Positions 48,598 to 57,973 of a stretch of 64,000 nucleotides of DNA are shown one piece after another (the stretch's first letter is position 1; each line of letters opens with the position of its first letter). The notes under the pieces are model-generated. The model searched no databases. It saw only the letters and a program-made list of their open reading frames with translations, and had not been told where the DNA came from. The stretch lies in the IMG/VR virus record IMGVR_UViG_3300046779_001841, positions 224,001 to 288,000 of that record. One strand, written 5' to 3'. A program made the position numbers and the translations under genes. Source of the stretch: a virus. Taxonomy: Duplodnaviria; Caudoviricetes.

Positions 48598-49926
48598 ATG
48601 AGCCTTATTAAAAAAGCACACTCTTTGCTTCTACAAGCAAGAACCGAAACTAATCCACAAAAAGCTATTTTATTGAAAAAAGCATCTGCTGATTACTATT
48701 CACAAATTATCACTTTTGGTTACATTTATGGTATTGTCACGGGTGAATCTAATCCAAATGAACTTTATAGATTCATGCAACAAGCAGGATCTTTAACGGA
48801 ACAAGTTGTTAAATTGATTAAAGAAAAACAACTTCTAACTGATTTTGAAACTAGACTTGCTAAAAGATTAGCAACAGAGTTCTTTAATACAAGTAACTTG
48901 GCGACCATGAATTTTCACAATAAGATGCTAAAATCTTTTTCTATTGCACTTAAAAGTAAAGTAAAAGCGGAAGATGCAATTCACAATATTTTAGCTGGTC
49001 TTAACCCTGTGACGGGTAGAGAATATCGTAGAGTGGAAGAAAAAAATCAATTTGCATATGCAGGTCAAAGTAATGAAACTGTGAGAAATCTTTTTCTTGT
49101 TACAGTGGAAGAATTAAATGGCAATCCAAATGCACTTATTCAAAGTGCGAGTGATGATATTGCAAGAGGTATCTATTCTACCATTAGTCTTATTGAAACA
49201 AGATTAAAATATGGTAAAGGTGAAAGAACTGAATTTTTAGAAGATATTCAAAATAGAAGAAATCAACAAACAAATATTGAAAGATCTGTTGAAGATTCTT
49301 TACCATCTACAACTGAAGAAAATTTTGAAAATCCAGTTTTTACTCTCTCTCAAGAAACTATTAATCAATTAATTGATCTCTTTCAAAAAGGGTATGGGTG
49401 GAAAAAAAAGAAATCTGCAGTAGCAAGAAAAGTTATTGCTTTCTATCTTTTTGGCATTACAATTTCTTTTGAAAAAAATGACTTGCAACAATTTGTAAGT
49501 GATGAAGAAGAACAAGAACTTTTAGATAATCTTTCTATTGATCCAGACAATTTAATGTCATCATTTGGTGTTGAAAACATGAGTAGAAAAATCGAAAGTG
49601 TACATAGTATGCTAATCGAAAAATTAAATAGTTCAACTAGCGACTTTTTAGATGAACTTGAAATTCTGTACAAAGAAATCAATCCATTTCCTGATGCACT
49701 TACTGAAACAGCGGGGCTACAGGCTTGGGATAAAGGTTGGACTAACTTTTTAAAAGAAATTGGTCAAGATATTCTTGCACTTAAGAATGATATGAAGTTA
49801 CCAAATAATCCAGATGCAGAAAATGAAATCGAAAGAGCATCTTTTATTTTCAAACTAGGTTCAAAAAAGAAAGCATCTCTTAAAAATAGAGTTGCATCTT
49901 TACTTAGACGATATTATCAAATCTAA
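48598..49926 (+). CDS. Hypothetical protein, putative head-internal
   Basis: Start MSLIKKA; ends KKASLKNRVASLLRRYY. Confidence 0.65.
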   Translation: MSLIKKAHSLLLQARTETNPQKAILLKKASADYYSQIITFGYIYGIVTGESNPNELYRFMQQAGSLTEQVVKLIKEKQLLTDFETRLAKRLATEFFNTSNLATMNFHNKMLKSFSIALKSKVKAEDAIHNILAGLNPVTGREYRRVEEKNQFAYAGQSNETVRNLFLVTVEELNGNPNALIQSASDDIARGIYSTISLIETRLKYGKGERTEFLEDIQNRRNQQTNIERSVEDSLPSTTEENFENPVFTLSQETINQLIDLFQKGYGWKKKKSAVARKVIAFYLFGITISFEKNDLQQFVSDEEEQELLDNLSIDPDNLMSSFGVENMSRKIESVHSMLIEKLNSSTSDFLDELEILYKEINPFPDALTETAGLQAWDKGWTNFLKEIGQDILALKNDMKLPNNPDAENEIERASFIFKLGSKKKASLKNRVASLLRRYYQI

Positions 49927-50721
49927 TGGTGCATTTGAGAACACGATCATTATTATCTGATCTAACTTAGATTTCTTTTTCATTCTCTTATAATACTTGT
50001 TTATACTTACCATATCACTCATTATTGAATGTGCATATTTTATTGATTTAGATGGACATGACTTACTGGTGTTTCCATAATTATAATGACATAATAATTC
50101 TACCATGTTTTTCTTATAGATACTCGCATAAGTTTGTATCGCTATGATACCTGCTTTTTCTAAATCACATTCCACATATTCACAATTATCTAAATTGCAG
50201 TATATCTCTTGGCATTGTTCATCATAATAATGATTTACTTTTAACTTCTTTTTCTTTTTACACGATCTCTGTATCTTAGGTAAAAATAAGACATCTGTTT
50301 TACTATTCCAATCATCTCTACCTGTTTGTAATTTACACCACCATTTAGGTATGACTTGTAGAACACCTAAACTTGGACTTCCTTTTATTTCTTCTTTATC
50401 CATTCTCACTATCTTATTTGCTAGTGTGTTTTTAGGTAATGGTGGTTTAGATATTTTACTTATGCCACCTACAATTTTTCTGGCAAACTTACTCTCATGC
50501 TTTGCGATAGAAATTGCTAAGATAGGATCTACATTTTCTTTTAATGCTAAATTTCCTATTTCAACACAAGATCTTATTCGATCTCTTCTAGCTTCATTTA
50601 TATTCAAACTTATCTCAACCAAAGAATTATTATAAACACTTGGATAAGTCTGTTCTATACTCATACCATTCACAAGCATCACACAAGTTAAGATGATCTC
50701 ATTTATGGTATTATATATCAT
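49900..50721 (-). CDS. Lytic transglycosylase (SLT-like)
   Basis: DPILAISIAKHESKF, SLGVLQV, LCHYNYG. Confidence 0.7.
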   Translation of the reverse strand: MIYNTINEIILTCVMLVNGMSIEQTYPSVYNNSLVEISLNINEARRDRIRSCVEIGNLALKENVDPILAISIAKHESKFARKIVGGISKISKPPLPKNTLANKIVRMDKEEIKGSPSLGVLQVIPKWWCKLQTGRDDWNSKTDVLFLPKIQRSCKKKKKLKVNHYYDEQCQEIYCNLDNCEYVECDLEKAGIIAIQTYASIYKKNMVELLCHYNYGNTSKSCPSKSIKYAHSIMSDMVSINKYYKRMKKKSKLDQIIMIVFSNAPLDLIISSK

Positions 50722-50750
50722 TTCCTAGTACCTTGTTCATTTATCCTCCT

Positions 50751-51917
50751 TTATGAGAATAAAGGTGTTACTTTCAAACTATTCCTTTCAGCATTTAGTT
50801 TTTCCAGTAAATGCAAAATCACTAATTGATGAAAGGGTCGCAATGTTTTTAATGTAGTGTTTTTAAATTCATATGTATTGATCTTGGTCTTGTTCAATCT
50901 TTCTAAAACAAGTTCTTCAAAATCTATTGTATATACAATACCTTTCTTAGTGCAAAAATCTTGAACCATCTCTCTAAAGGATCTTTCTTCTTTATACAAA
51001 CATAACACTGCATCACGATAAAGAATTTCACAGAAACCTTTGCTGACATCTAAAGCATCCACTGGTGTGAAATCTAAATCTTTGGTTGTTGCTGTTTTAG
51101 AAAGATACTCACTACCTATATTGTGTTTAATCAATAAACTATTGATTGCTCCACTCAATTCTAAATATACATTTAATGGCAACGACCAATTCTCTTGTTC
51201 TCCATCTATAAGAATAGATAGTCTTTCATTTAACCATTCTTGTATTGTCATCATCTTTTGTGCTTGTGATTCATATTCTTTTGTCATGAACTTTCTCAAA
51301 CCCTCTAAAAGTATCACTATACTTTCATTGGTTTTTTCAAACACTTGTCTTGAACTTGGATAAATTGTTGTCATTGTTTGAATTGGACTACTTCTTTCAT
51401 ACCCACGATTTTTGAGAAGAGCATTAAGAGTACCTGATGCACCTTTCATTCTTTTATTTGCAGAAAACCAATCAACACCTATGCACATCAAAAAATCTTC
51501 AATTTCTAATCCTTGTGGATAACTTGGATTTTGATATTCTTTTGCAAATCTTTCAATATCAAAAGAGATACCAAATCGTGTCTTAATTAAAGACCAAAGA
51601 TCAGTCTGTAATTCAGTCTGTAATTCAGTCTGTAATTCAACGACCTCGGGCTTCTTTTCTTCTTGAATAGGTTGAACTTCAACTTTTTTATCTGTAACAC
51701 CATTTAAATTGTTGAAAAGTGTTTCTAAATCTTTTAAGTTAAAACCTAATTCAGAAGCCTCCAAAAGATAACTCAAGATCTCATGTGCCTTTTCTACACC
51801 ATGTGTAGCAACAATACCTTGATAGCTATCAAAACCTAAAACTTTTAGTTGTCTTGCTTTTTGAATGAATTGGATCATGTCCATAGTCTTTTTCCTTTTT
51901 AAAGAAAGTAGGTGCAT
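50751..51917 (-). CDS. Hypothetical protein
   Basis: 388-aa ORF; ELQT x3 repeat at 51601-51636. Confidence 0.7.
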   Translation of the reverse strand: MHLLSLKRKKTMDMIQFIQKARQLKVLGFDSYQGIVATHGVEKAHEILSYLLEASELGFNLKDLETLFNNLNGVTDKKVEVQPIQEEKKPEVVELQTELQTELQTDLWSLIKTRFGISFDIERFAKEYQNPSYPQGLEIEDFLMCIGVDWFSANKRMKGASGTLNALLKNRGYERSSPIQTMTTIYPSSRQVFEKTNESIVILLEGLRKFMTKEYESQAQKMMTIQEWLNERLSILIDGEQENWSLPLNVYLELSGAINSLLIKHNIGSEYLSKTATTKDLDFTPVDALDVSKGFCEILYRDAVLCLYKEERSFREMVQDFCTKKGIVYTIDFEELVLERLNKTKINTYEFKNTTLKTLRPFHQLVILHLLEKLNAERNSLKVTPLFS

Positions 51918-52662
51918 CTTGCTAGAGCAATATACTTATATGAAATTAAATCATGGTGGACACAAAGTTTTAAAAAAAAACGAAAAATTTATCATCAATA
52001 ATCTTGAACTCACTGCTTTAGAATTTAAAAAAAAATTTGGCAAAATTCCAGAACTCTACTTTGAAATCAAATTACCACTCCATCTCAAAGGTCTTTCTTC
52101 TATCTTTGATATTATTAAACATAAAGAAGAAATTAAATCAAGCAAGAGAAAACTCGGTGTGGATGTTGAAGCTAAATCAGAAGACATCAAATCCATCTTC
52201 TATAAACATTTTGCCAAAATGTGTATTCAATCTAAATATGATCCAGAAGAAATGCTTCAAGAAATCTATCTTGGTATTCTTCATCGCAATAAAGGTAATT
52301 GTCCTTTTGATCCAGCTAAATCTTCATTATCTACTTATATTGTTATGGTAAGTAGATGTATTCTGTTTAACATCTTCAATAAAGAAAATAAAACAAGATC
52401 TAGGCTTTTTGAACCTAAAGAAAAAGATGATTTGTTTAGACTTATCAAAGACAATCATGACTTTGATACTAAATTCTTAATTGAAGAAGCTAGAAATCTT
52501 TGTAAAACAGAAGACATGAAAAATGTTTTTGATCAAATGTTGCTTGGATATAACATCACTCAAATCTCAAGCAACTTAAAAATTGAAAACAGAAAAGTCA
52601 GTGAAATGACTTCTAAAATCAAAAAAACTATATCACCTTTGTTTTATAAGGATACCGAATGA
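51865..52662 (+). CDS. Phage sigma70/ECF-like RNA polymerase sigma factor
   Basis: Region 2-like EEMLQEIYLGIL...FDPAKSSLSTY; region 4-like GYNITQISSNLKIENRKVSEM. Confidence 0.7.
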   Translation: MNWIMSIVFFLFKESRCILLEQYTYMKLNHGGHKVLKKNEKFIINNLELTALEFKKKFGKIPELYFEIKLPLHLKGLSSIFDIIKHKEEIKSSKRKLGVDVEAKSEDIKSIFYKHFAKMCIQSKYDPEEMLQEIYLGILHRNKGNCPFDPAKSSLSTYIVMVSRCILFNIFNKENKTRSRLFEPKEKDDLFRLIKDNHDFDTKFLIEEARNLCKTEDMKNVFDQMLLGYNITQISSNLKIENRKVSEMTSKIKKTISPLFYKDTE

Positions 52663-53261
52663 TTACTTTCTTCTATTCCACTATTAATGCTGGCAAAACT
52701 GCTAATCTCATTTTATCTGCACACGCTTGTTCTCAAAGAAATATTAAACATCTTATTTTTGTTCCTGCTGTTGCGAGTGGTAGAGATGGTTTTAATAAAG
52801 TCAGTTCAAGAATTGGCATACATCAAGATGCTATATCTGTTAATGAAAATGACAATCTCTATGAAATGGTTTCTACCGAAATCATTACAAATAAAATAGA
52901 TAACCATCCTTTACAAATTATCTTTGTAGATGAATCCCAATTCTTAACACCTAAGCAGGTTGCTCAACTTACTCAAATTTGTGATATTTACAATGTGCAA
53001 GTTCATGCTTATGGTTTGAGAACAGATTTTAAAGGTGAACCATTTGAAGCAAGTAAATATCTTTTAGCTTGGGCTGATGAAATTAAAGAAATTGAAACTT
53101 GGGCTGAAGAAAGTGATACTGCACAAAAAGCACTTATGAATATTAAAATTGATGAATATGGCAATCGCATTACCAGTGGTGATTCTGTTTCTGTTGGTTT
53201 TGCATATAAAGCAGTTTCTCGATCTGAATTTAACATTAACAGAAATTGGAATAGAAAATGA
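52659..53261 (+). CDS. tdk: Thymidine kinase
   Basis: STINAGKT, IFVDESQF, YGLRTDFKGEPFEASKYLLAWADEI. Confidence 0.9.
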   Translation: MITFFYSTINAGKTANLILSAHACSQRNIKHLIFVPAVASGRDGFNKVSSRIGIHQDAISVNENDNLYEMVSTEIITNKIDNHPLQIIFVDESQFLTPKQVAQLTQICDIYNVQVHAYGLRTDFKGEPFEASKYLLAWADEIKEIETWAEESDTAQKALMNIKIDEYGNRITSGDSVSVGFAYKAVSRSEFNINRNWNRK

Positions 53262-53581
53262 CTGTATATAATAACAAGAGCAAAGGTATCAATTTCTGGA
53301 TTAGACCAAATGGACAAAACACTTTAAAAGGTGTTGAAAATGATGAATTAAATCCTCCTGTTTTACCTGCTACTCTTATTCAAGAAATGCTTAGTGATTA
53401 TCCAGATGCTAGAAAAGGATATTTAGAACTTTTGCCAACCATGTTGCCAGAAGAACAAGAACGACTACAAGCTATTATTGATGATTGTCCAAATGTTATG
53501 AAAGATAAGCCTAACCATCAACAATTAGAAGATAGTTTTCAATCCAAATTAAACAAACCTGTTATCAGGTTTCCTAAGTAG
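53258..53581 (+). CDS. Hypothetical protein
   Basis: Coupled ORF. Confidence 0.6.
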   Translation: MTVYNNKSKGINFWIRPNGQNTLKGVENDELNPPVLPATLIQEMLSDYPDARKGYLELLPTMLPEEQERLQAIIDDCPNVMKDKPNHQQLEDSFQSKLNKPVIRFPK

Positions 53582-53591
53582 TGAATAAAGA

Positions 53592-53861
53592 ATGAAAATC
53601 CAGATAGACAAAATGCCACTACAATCTAAAAAATTTATCGCTTATCTTATAAGTGAGATTGGCTGGAAAATCACTCTGTTTTATGTGTTTTGGAAAATAC
53701 AAGGTAAGATTGATCCATCTGATCTTACACTTCTCATTACTATTGTCTTAACCAGTGGTTTCATTCAAATTGGATATATACTTGGTCAAACTGCATTAGA
53801 TAAATATGTTCAATTATCTTTAAGAGATGATGATGATGATGATAAGCCTAGTGCAAAATAG
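53592..53861 (+). CDS. Small two-TM membrane protein (holin-like)
   Basis: SKKFIAY..., two hydrophobic helices, charged C-terminus. Confidence 0.45.
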   Translation: MKIQIDKMPLQSKKFIAYLISEIGWKITLFYVFWKIQGKIDPSDLTLLITIVLTSGFIQIGYILGQTALDKYVQLSLRDDDDDDKPSAK

Positions 53862-54408
53862 GTGATACACCTAAATCATAATGAATTAAACTTTGAAAAA
53901 ATGGTGACATCATTCCTTTTTCTAAAATTTCATCATTTGTTCTTTTAATCACAAGTTTCTCTTCTGTTCTTTCTATATTAGCTAGAAAGACTTTACTAAA
54001 GTTTTCCACTGATACGAACAACACAACAAGACCATTCTCTTTTGTCAATTCATCGGTAGCGAGTTCTTTTCGTGTATATGAAGATTCACATACAACAAGA
54101 TAACCCATAGGTTTCCGATAATCTACAAGATTACGAATGATACCACCCCAATCTTTCTTAGAATAAATCAAGTTTGACATTAAACCATCTTCAAAATCTA
54201 AGAAATATGGAACATCTGGTGATAAGCTATTCATATCATCTATATCATCTGGAGTTAGTGTAATTAGAAATGCTGGCATTGGATTGTTTGCCGACCAATC
54301 AGCCACTCTATCCCAATTATTTAAAAAACTCTCAGCTAAATCAATAGTCCAGTCTATGGTTTGATCTACAAAATTTTCTTCTTCACTCATTTTTCTTATC
54401 CTTTTCAA
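53848..54408 (-). CDS. Hypothetical protein
   Basis: 186-aa ORF. Confidence 0.65.
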   Translation of the reverse strand: MKRIRKMSEEENFVDQTIDWTIDLAESFLNNWDRVADWSANNPMPAFLITLTPDDIDDMNSLSPDVPYFLDFEDGLMSNLIYSKKDWGGIIRNLVDYRKPMGYLVVCESSYTRKELATDELTKENGLVVLFVSVENFSKVFLANIERTEEKLVIKRTNDEILEKGMMSPFFQSLIHYDLGVSPILH

Positions 54409-54436
54409 AAGAGTTTGTTTGATACATACTCATATA

Positions 54437-54838
54437 TTATTTGATAAAGATTATTCTTCTTTTTTCTATTTCTTTTAATAAAATATCATCTACATCAAAT
54501 TGTTCTACACTTAACACTCTAGGTATTACTCTACTCATATATTCCAATCTCATTAGTTGTGGTTCTCTTTGAAATGTACTTGCATCTAATTCATACAGAT
54601 AACCTATCTTGTCTTTATATATCTTCTCATAAGCATTTGGATATTGTTCATACATATAAATAACATCATCTTTTACATATTGCTTAAAATCACTATCTTT
54701 CCACTTAGATAAAAATGTTAATGCGAGTGTTTTATTTGGTGTGCCAAAGACAACAGGATTATCATTCGCTAGATAGTGATTTCTTAATTCAAATTGAGAT
54801 ATAAGATATGGACTACCATGATAAATATGATTAATCAT
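54437..54838 (-). CDS. Putative ADP-ribosyltransferase-fold protein
   Basis: IYHGS...VFGTPNKTLA...GYLYEL pattern. Confidence 0.4.
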   Translation of the reverse strand: MINHIYHGSPYLISQFELRNHYLANDNPVVFGTPNKTLALTFLSKWKDSDFKQYVKDDVIYMYEQYPNAYEKIYKDKIGYLYELDASTFQREPQLMRLEYMSRVIPRVLSVEQFDVDDILLKEIEKRRIIFIK

Positions 54839-55032
54839 TAGTATCCATCTTTAAACCAACCTGCACCTTTTAATGAGAAACTGCTTGGTGCTAAAATCTT
54901 TTCTAATTCACCATCACAATCAGTTTTAGGTTGGACTTCATTACAGACTTTAGGTTGTGGTGTAGAGATAGTGCTTAATCTCACATTGACTTCTCTTTCA
55001 CATTTTTTGCATTTATAACTGTACATTGGCAT
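54838..55032 (-). CDS. FmdB-family zinc-ribbon protein
   Basis: MPMYSYKCKKC...C...C...FSLKGAGWFKDGY. Confidence 0.8.
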   Translation of the reverse strand: MPMYSYKCKKCEREVNVRLSTISTPQPKVCNEVQPKTDCDGELEKILAPSSFSLKGAGWFKDGY

Positions 55033-55216
55033 TTTTCTTTTTCTCCATTTCTTTAATGTAGTCATCAAGTTGTCTTAATATTCTTTTTAATGGTTCTGGA
55101 TCACCATTCTCTAGTCTATTAACTTTAGATTGTACAAATCGTATCTGATTTCTTATATCTTCTAAATTCTTTTGTATTATCTTTAAATCTCTAGTTTTAG
55201 TTCTATCTTCTTCCAT
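55013..55216 (-). CDS. Small coiled-coil protein
   Basis: Start MEEDRTK. Confidence 0.55.
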   Translation of the reverse strand: MEEDRTKTRDLKIIQKNLEDIRNQIRFVQSKVNRLENGDPEPLKRILRQLDDYIKEMEKKKNANVQL

Positions 55217-55228
55217 AAAGGCACTCTC

Positions 55229-55717
55229 ATGTTTGTTATTGATTTTGAACAAATTTTACAACAAGTTCGGCAACAAAGTTTTGATTATTTTATAAAAACA
55301 ATAAAAGAGATGCTAGTCTTTTGGTATCAAGATGCTTGTAAAGATAATCTTTTTACTTTTCCAGTGGTTTATATCTCACTCACATTCAAAGGTTTTAATG
55401 CAGATGAAGGTTCTTTAATCTTTACTACAGACCCACCTGAATTATTAAATGAGAATGGCATTTTAAATGATGATGTCTATAATAACATTCAAAATAAGAT
55501 CGCAACGAATTTAAGTACATTAAGCTATGTTTATTGTTTTCAAGAGAATGATCTTTTACATATTCACTATGAAGATCTTAATGGCTTAATAGATTTTAGA
55601 TTAGAATTTGAAGTGAATGAAGAAAATTCTGTTGTTTTCTTGAAAGAAGAAAAAGAAGAAAACACTGTTCGATTTAAGTTACTAGAAAATATCTTTAAAG
55701 ATCATAAACCACAATGA
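55229..55717 (+). CDS. Hypothetical protein
   Basis: 162-aa ORF. Confidence 0.6.
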   Translation: MFVIDFEQILQQVRQQSFDYFIKTIKEMLVFWYQDACKDNLFTFPVVYISLTFKGFNADEGSLIFTTDPPELLNENGILNDDVYNNIQNKIATNLSTLSYVYCFQENDLLHIHYEDLNGLIDFRLEFEVNEENSVVFLKEEKEENTVRFKLLENIFKDHKPQ

Positions 55718-56668
55718 TTATTCTATATTTCTAAAAGGTACAATCTTTCTACCATAAAAACCAGAAATCCACAAAGTTCTTAGAAGTCTTTCTTTTTGTT
55801 TTCCCTCAAGTCTATTAGGTGTTATTAACCAAAGTCTAAAAGTTTCTGCCCAATCTTCATGTGGTGAATCATGTAATTTACTAGGCACTTCTAAATCAGT
55901 TACATAATTTAAACTATTAATATATCTTTTCACTTGTGATGTTTCTAAGTCTTGTTTATTAAAATAAAATTTTATGCGAGTTGGAAAATCTTTAAATAGC
56001 AAATTTTGATTTGCAGGATCTGAAAAAAAATCCTTTATAACAGTACTACCTTCTATTTCATGAAAAGGTTTCATTTTTTTAAAATGATTTCTCAATTTCT
56101 CATATTCAAAATGATATTCTTCTAATCGAATATGAAATAGACAAAAGAACTTTAAATAATCATTCAAATTATCAAATTCAATTTTTGAAATATCACCTTC
56201 AACCTGAAAAAGTCTTTTGATAACACTCAATACAAAACTATTAGAATTTTTAAATGTTTCAAAAGTATATTCGATCCAAGGGGTATTCCAAAATTGAAGT
56301 GCCTCTGGATGTAAATTTTCTTGTAGTGCATGAGAAATTTCATGCACTAAAGCATTAAAATAAAGCGGTTCTTCATTCTTAAAAAAATTAGCTTTACTTT
56401 TTTGAATTATTAAAATAATTCTGTTTACAGGTGGTCTATAATATAGACCATAATTAGATGAAGAATCATAAAACCCTTCTTTATGTCTAAGAATTATTCT
56501 ATCCAAAACTTTTTCTAAACCTATAATATTTTTGACATCTAAAAAAGAAAACACATCTTTTATCATCGAAAAAAATTCTTTCGATAGTTTTTCAGTGTCC
56601 AAATAAGAAACAACTTGAATATTATTGATCTTCATAGAACTTCTGGGTTTTTCATAATTCCTAGACAT
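55718..56668 (-). CDS. Putative zinc metallopeptidase
   Basis: LVHEISHAL (HEXXH) and SPHEDWAETF. Confidence 0.6.
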   Translation of the reverse strand: MSRNYEKPRSSMKINNIQVVSYLDTEKLSKEFFSMIKDVFSFLDVKNIIGLEKVLDRIILRHKEGFYDSSSNYGLYYRPPVNRIILIIQKSKANFFKNEEPLYFNALVHEISHALQENLHPEALQFWNTPWIEYTFETFKNSNSFVLSVIKRLFQVEGDISKIEFDNLNDYLKFFCLFHIRLEEYHFEYEKLRNHFKKMKPFHEIEGSTVIKDFFSDPANQNLLFKDFPTRIKFYFNKQDLETSQVKRYINSLNYVTDLEVPSKLHDSPHEDWAETFRLWLITPNRLEGKQKERLLRTLWISGFYGRKIVPFRNIE

Positions 56669-56677
56669 TTTTATTAA

Positions 56678-57913
56678 TTAACCTAATCTTTTCAGTCTTT
56701 GATATAACTTAGCTAGTTTTGCACTACCTGGTTGAGTAGTAGGTAATCCTTGAAATACTGCATCATCATCCTGCATTACATCAGTTTGATTTAGTATATT
56801 TTTTAAAGTATTTCTTGCTCTAGGCTTAGTACCAACAAATTCCTCTTGATGTTTATTTAAAGAATAGGCATTAGACTGTGGTATTGAAATCATAGATTTT
56901 GCAAAACCATCTTTTTCATCAAATGGTTTTCTGATCACACCTAAGCTATCTGTACAAGCATTTAAACATGGCAATAAATCTTTCATTGGCAAGTTCACTG
57001 CAAAACAACCTAATGTTAAACTTGCATCTCCACCACCTTTATTTTTTTTCAACCATTGGGATACTTCACCAGTAGCACCTACATTCCAAATATCTGTGAA
57101 AGTATTTGTAAGATCTGTTCTACCATCATCTGTTACAACACCAATCAATTTTTCAGGACTGTAAGTGTTTAATAAACTAATGGCCGCCCATCTATGATGA
57201 CCATCTACAATAAATCCTTCTTTAGAAATAATAGATGCAGTGTTTGGATCAAATTTAGTTAAACCAGGAAATTTACCAAGCAAATATGCTCTTGCCATAC
57301 CAAACGCTTTATCCATATTGATTTCTTTTTGTGTTGGTCTTAATCCAGTTGCAGGAACTTGTACTCGTTTTACAGCAACTTTCATTGGCACTATTGTTGA
57401 TTTCTCATGGTATCTATAACCAGCTGATGTTTCATCAATATCTGCTTCAAAAAGATCTTCTGCATCCATTTTAGATAATTGCAATAGTTTACCCTTAAGA
57501 GGTCCCTTCATTGCAAATACATATCTTTCTTTTAGTGCATTTTTTGGTGGATTTTTCCAATCAATAACACCTGCTTGTAGATTTTTAATAATCAATAAAA
57601 GTTTTGCTCCTTCCAACACAGGCATTTCTGCTCTTGGAATATTCTTTTTACCTTGACACAAAGAAGCATCTGCATCACAAAAATCTACTTTGTTTGAAAA
57701 ATCAGCAGTTCTTGTATTCGCAGTATACATACCATCTTCTAATTGATCTGGATATAAAGCATATGCCAAAATAAGTGACTTATGACCTCTTGCATCATCA
57801 TCACTAACTCTAATATTGTTAGCTTTTAATACCATTTTTGCATTTCTTAAAATACTTCTACCTTCAGATGTTTCTAAGTATGCTCTAATTTGTCTTGCTT
57901 GTCTTGATAACAT
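56678..57913 (-). CDS. ParB/Srx-like domain protein, putative head-internal
   Basis: LRPTQKEI...IISKEGFIVDGHHRWAA; ends AKLAKLY. Confidence 0.65.
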   Translation of the reverse strand: MLSRQARQIRAYLETSEGRSILRNAKMVLKANNIRVSDDDARGHKSLILAYALYPDQLEDGMYTANTRTADFSNKVDFCDADASLCQGKKNIPRAEMPVLEGAKLLLIIKNLQAGVIDWKNPPKNALKERYVFAMKGPLKGKLLQLSKMDAEDLFEADIDETSAGYRYHEKSTIVPMKVAVKRVQVPATGLRPTQKEINMDKAFGMARAYLLGKFPGLTKFDPNTASIISKEGFIVDGHHRWAAISLLNTYSPEKLIGVVTDDGRTDLTNTFTDIWNVGATGEVSQWLKKNKGGGDASLTLGCFAVNLPMKDLLPCLNACTDSLGVIRKPFDEKDGFAKSMISIPQSNAYSLNKHQEEFVGTKPRARNTLKNILNQTDVMQDDDAVFQGLPTTQPGSAKLAKLYQRLKRLG

Positions 57914-57973
57914 TTGGTTATCTCCTTTTCTTTAAAGAAAACTCATTTCTATTAAAATGAAAAAATAAAAAGA

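Noticed and set aside
47168-51636. Short tandem repeats (VETP, ELQT x3) as contingency loci
   Set aside because: In-frame low-complexity linkers; unit changes would not switch expression
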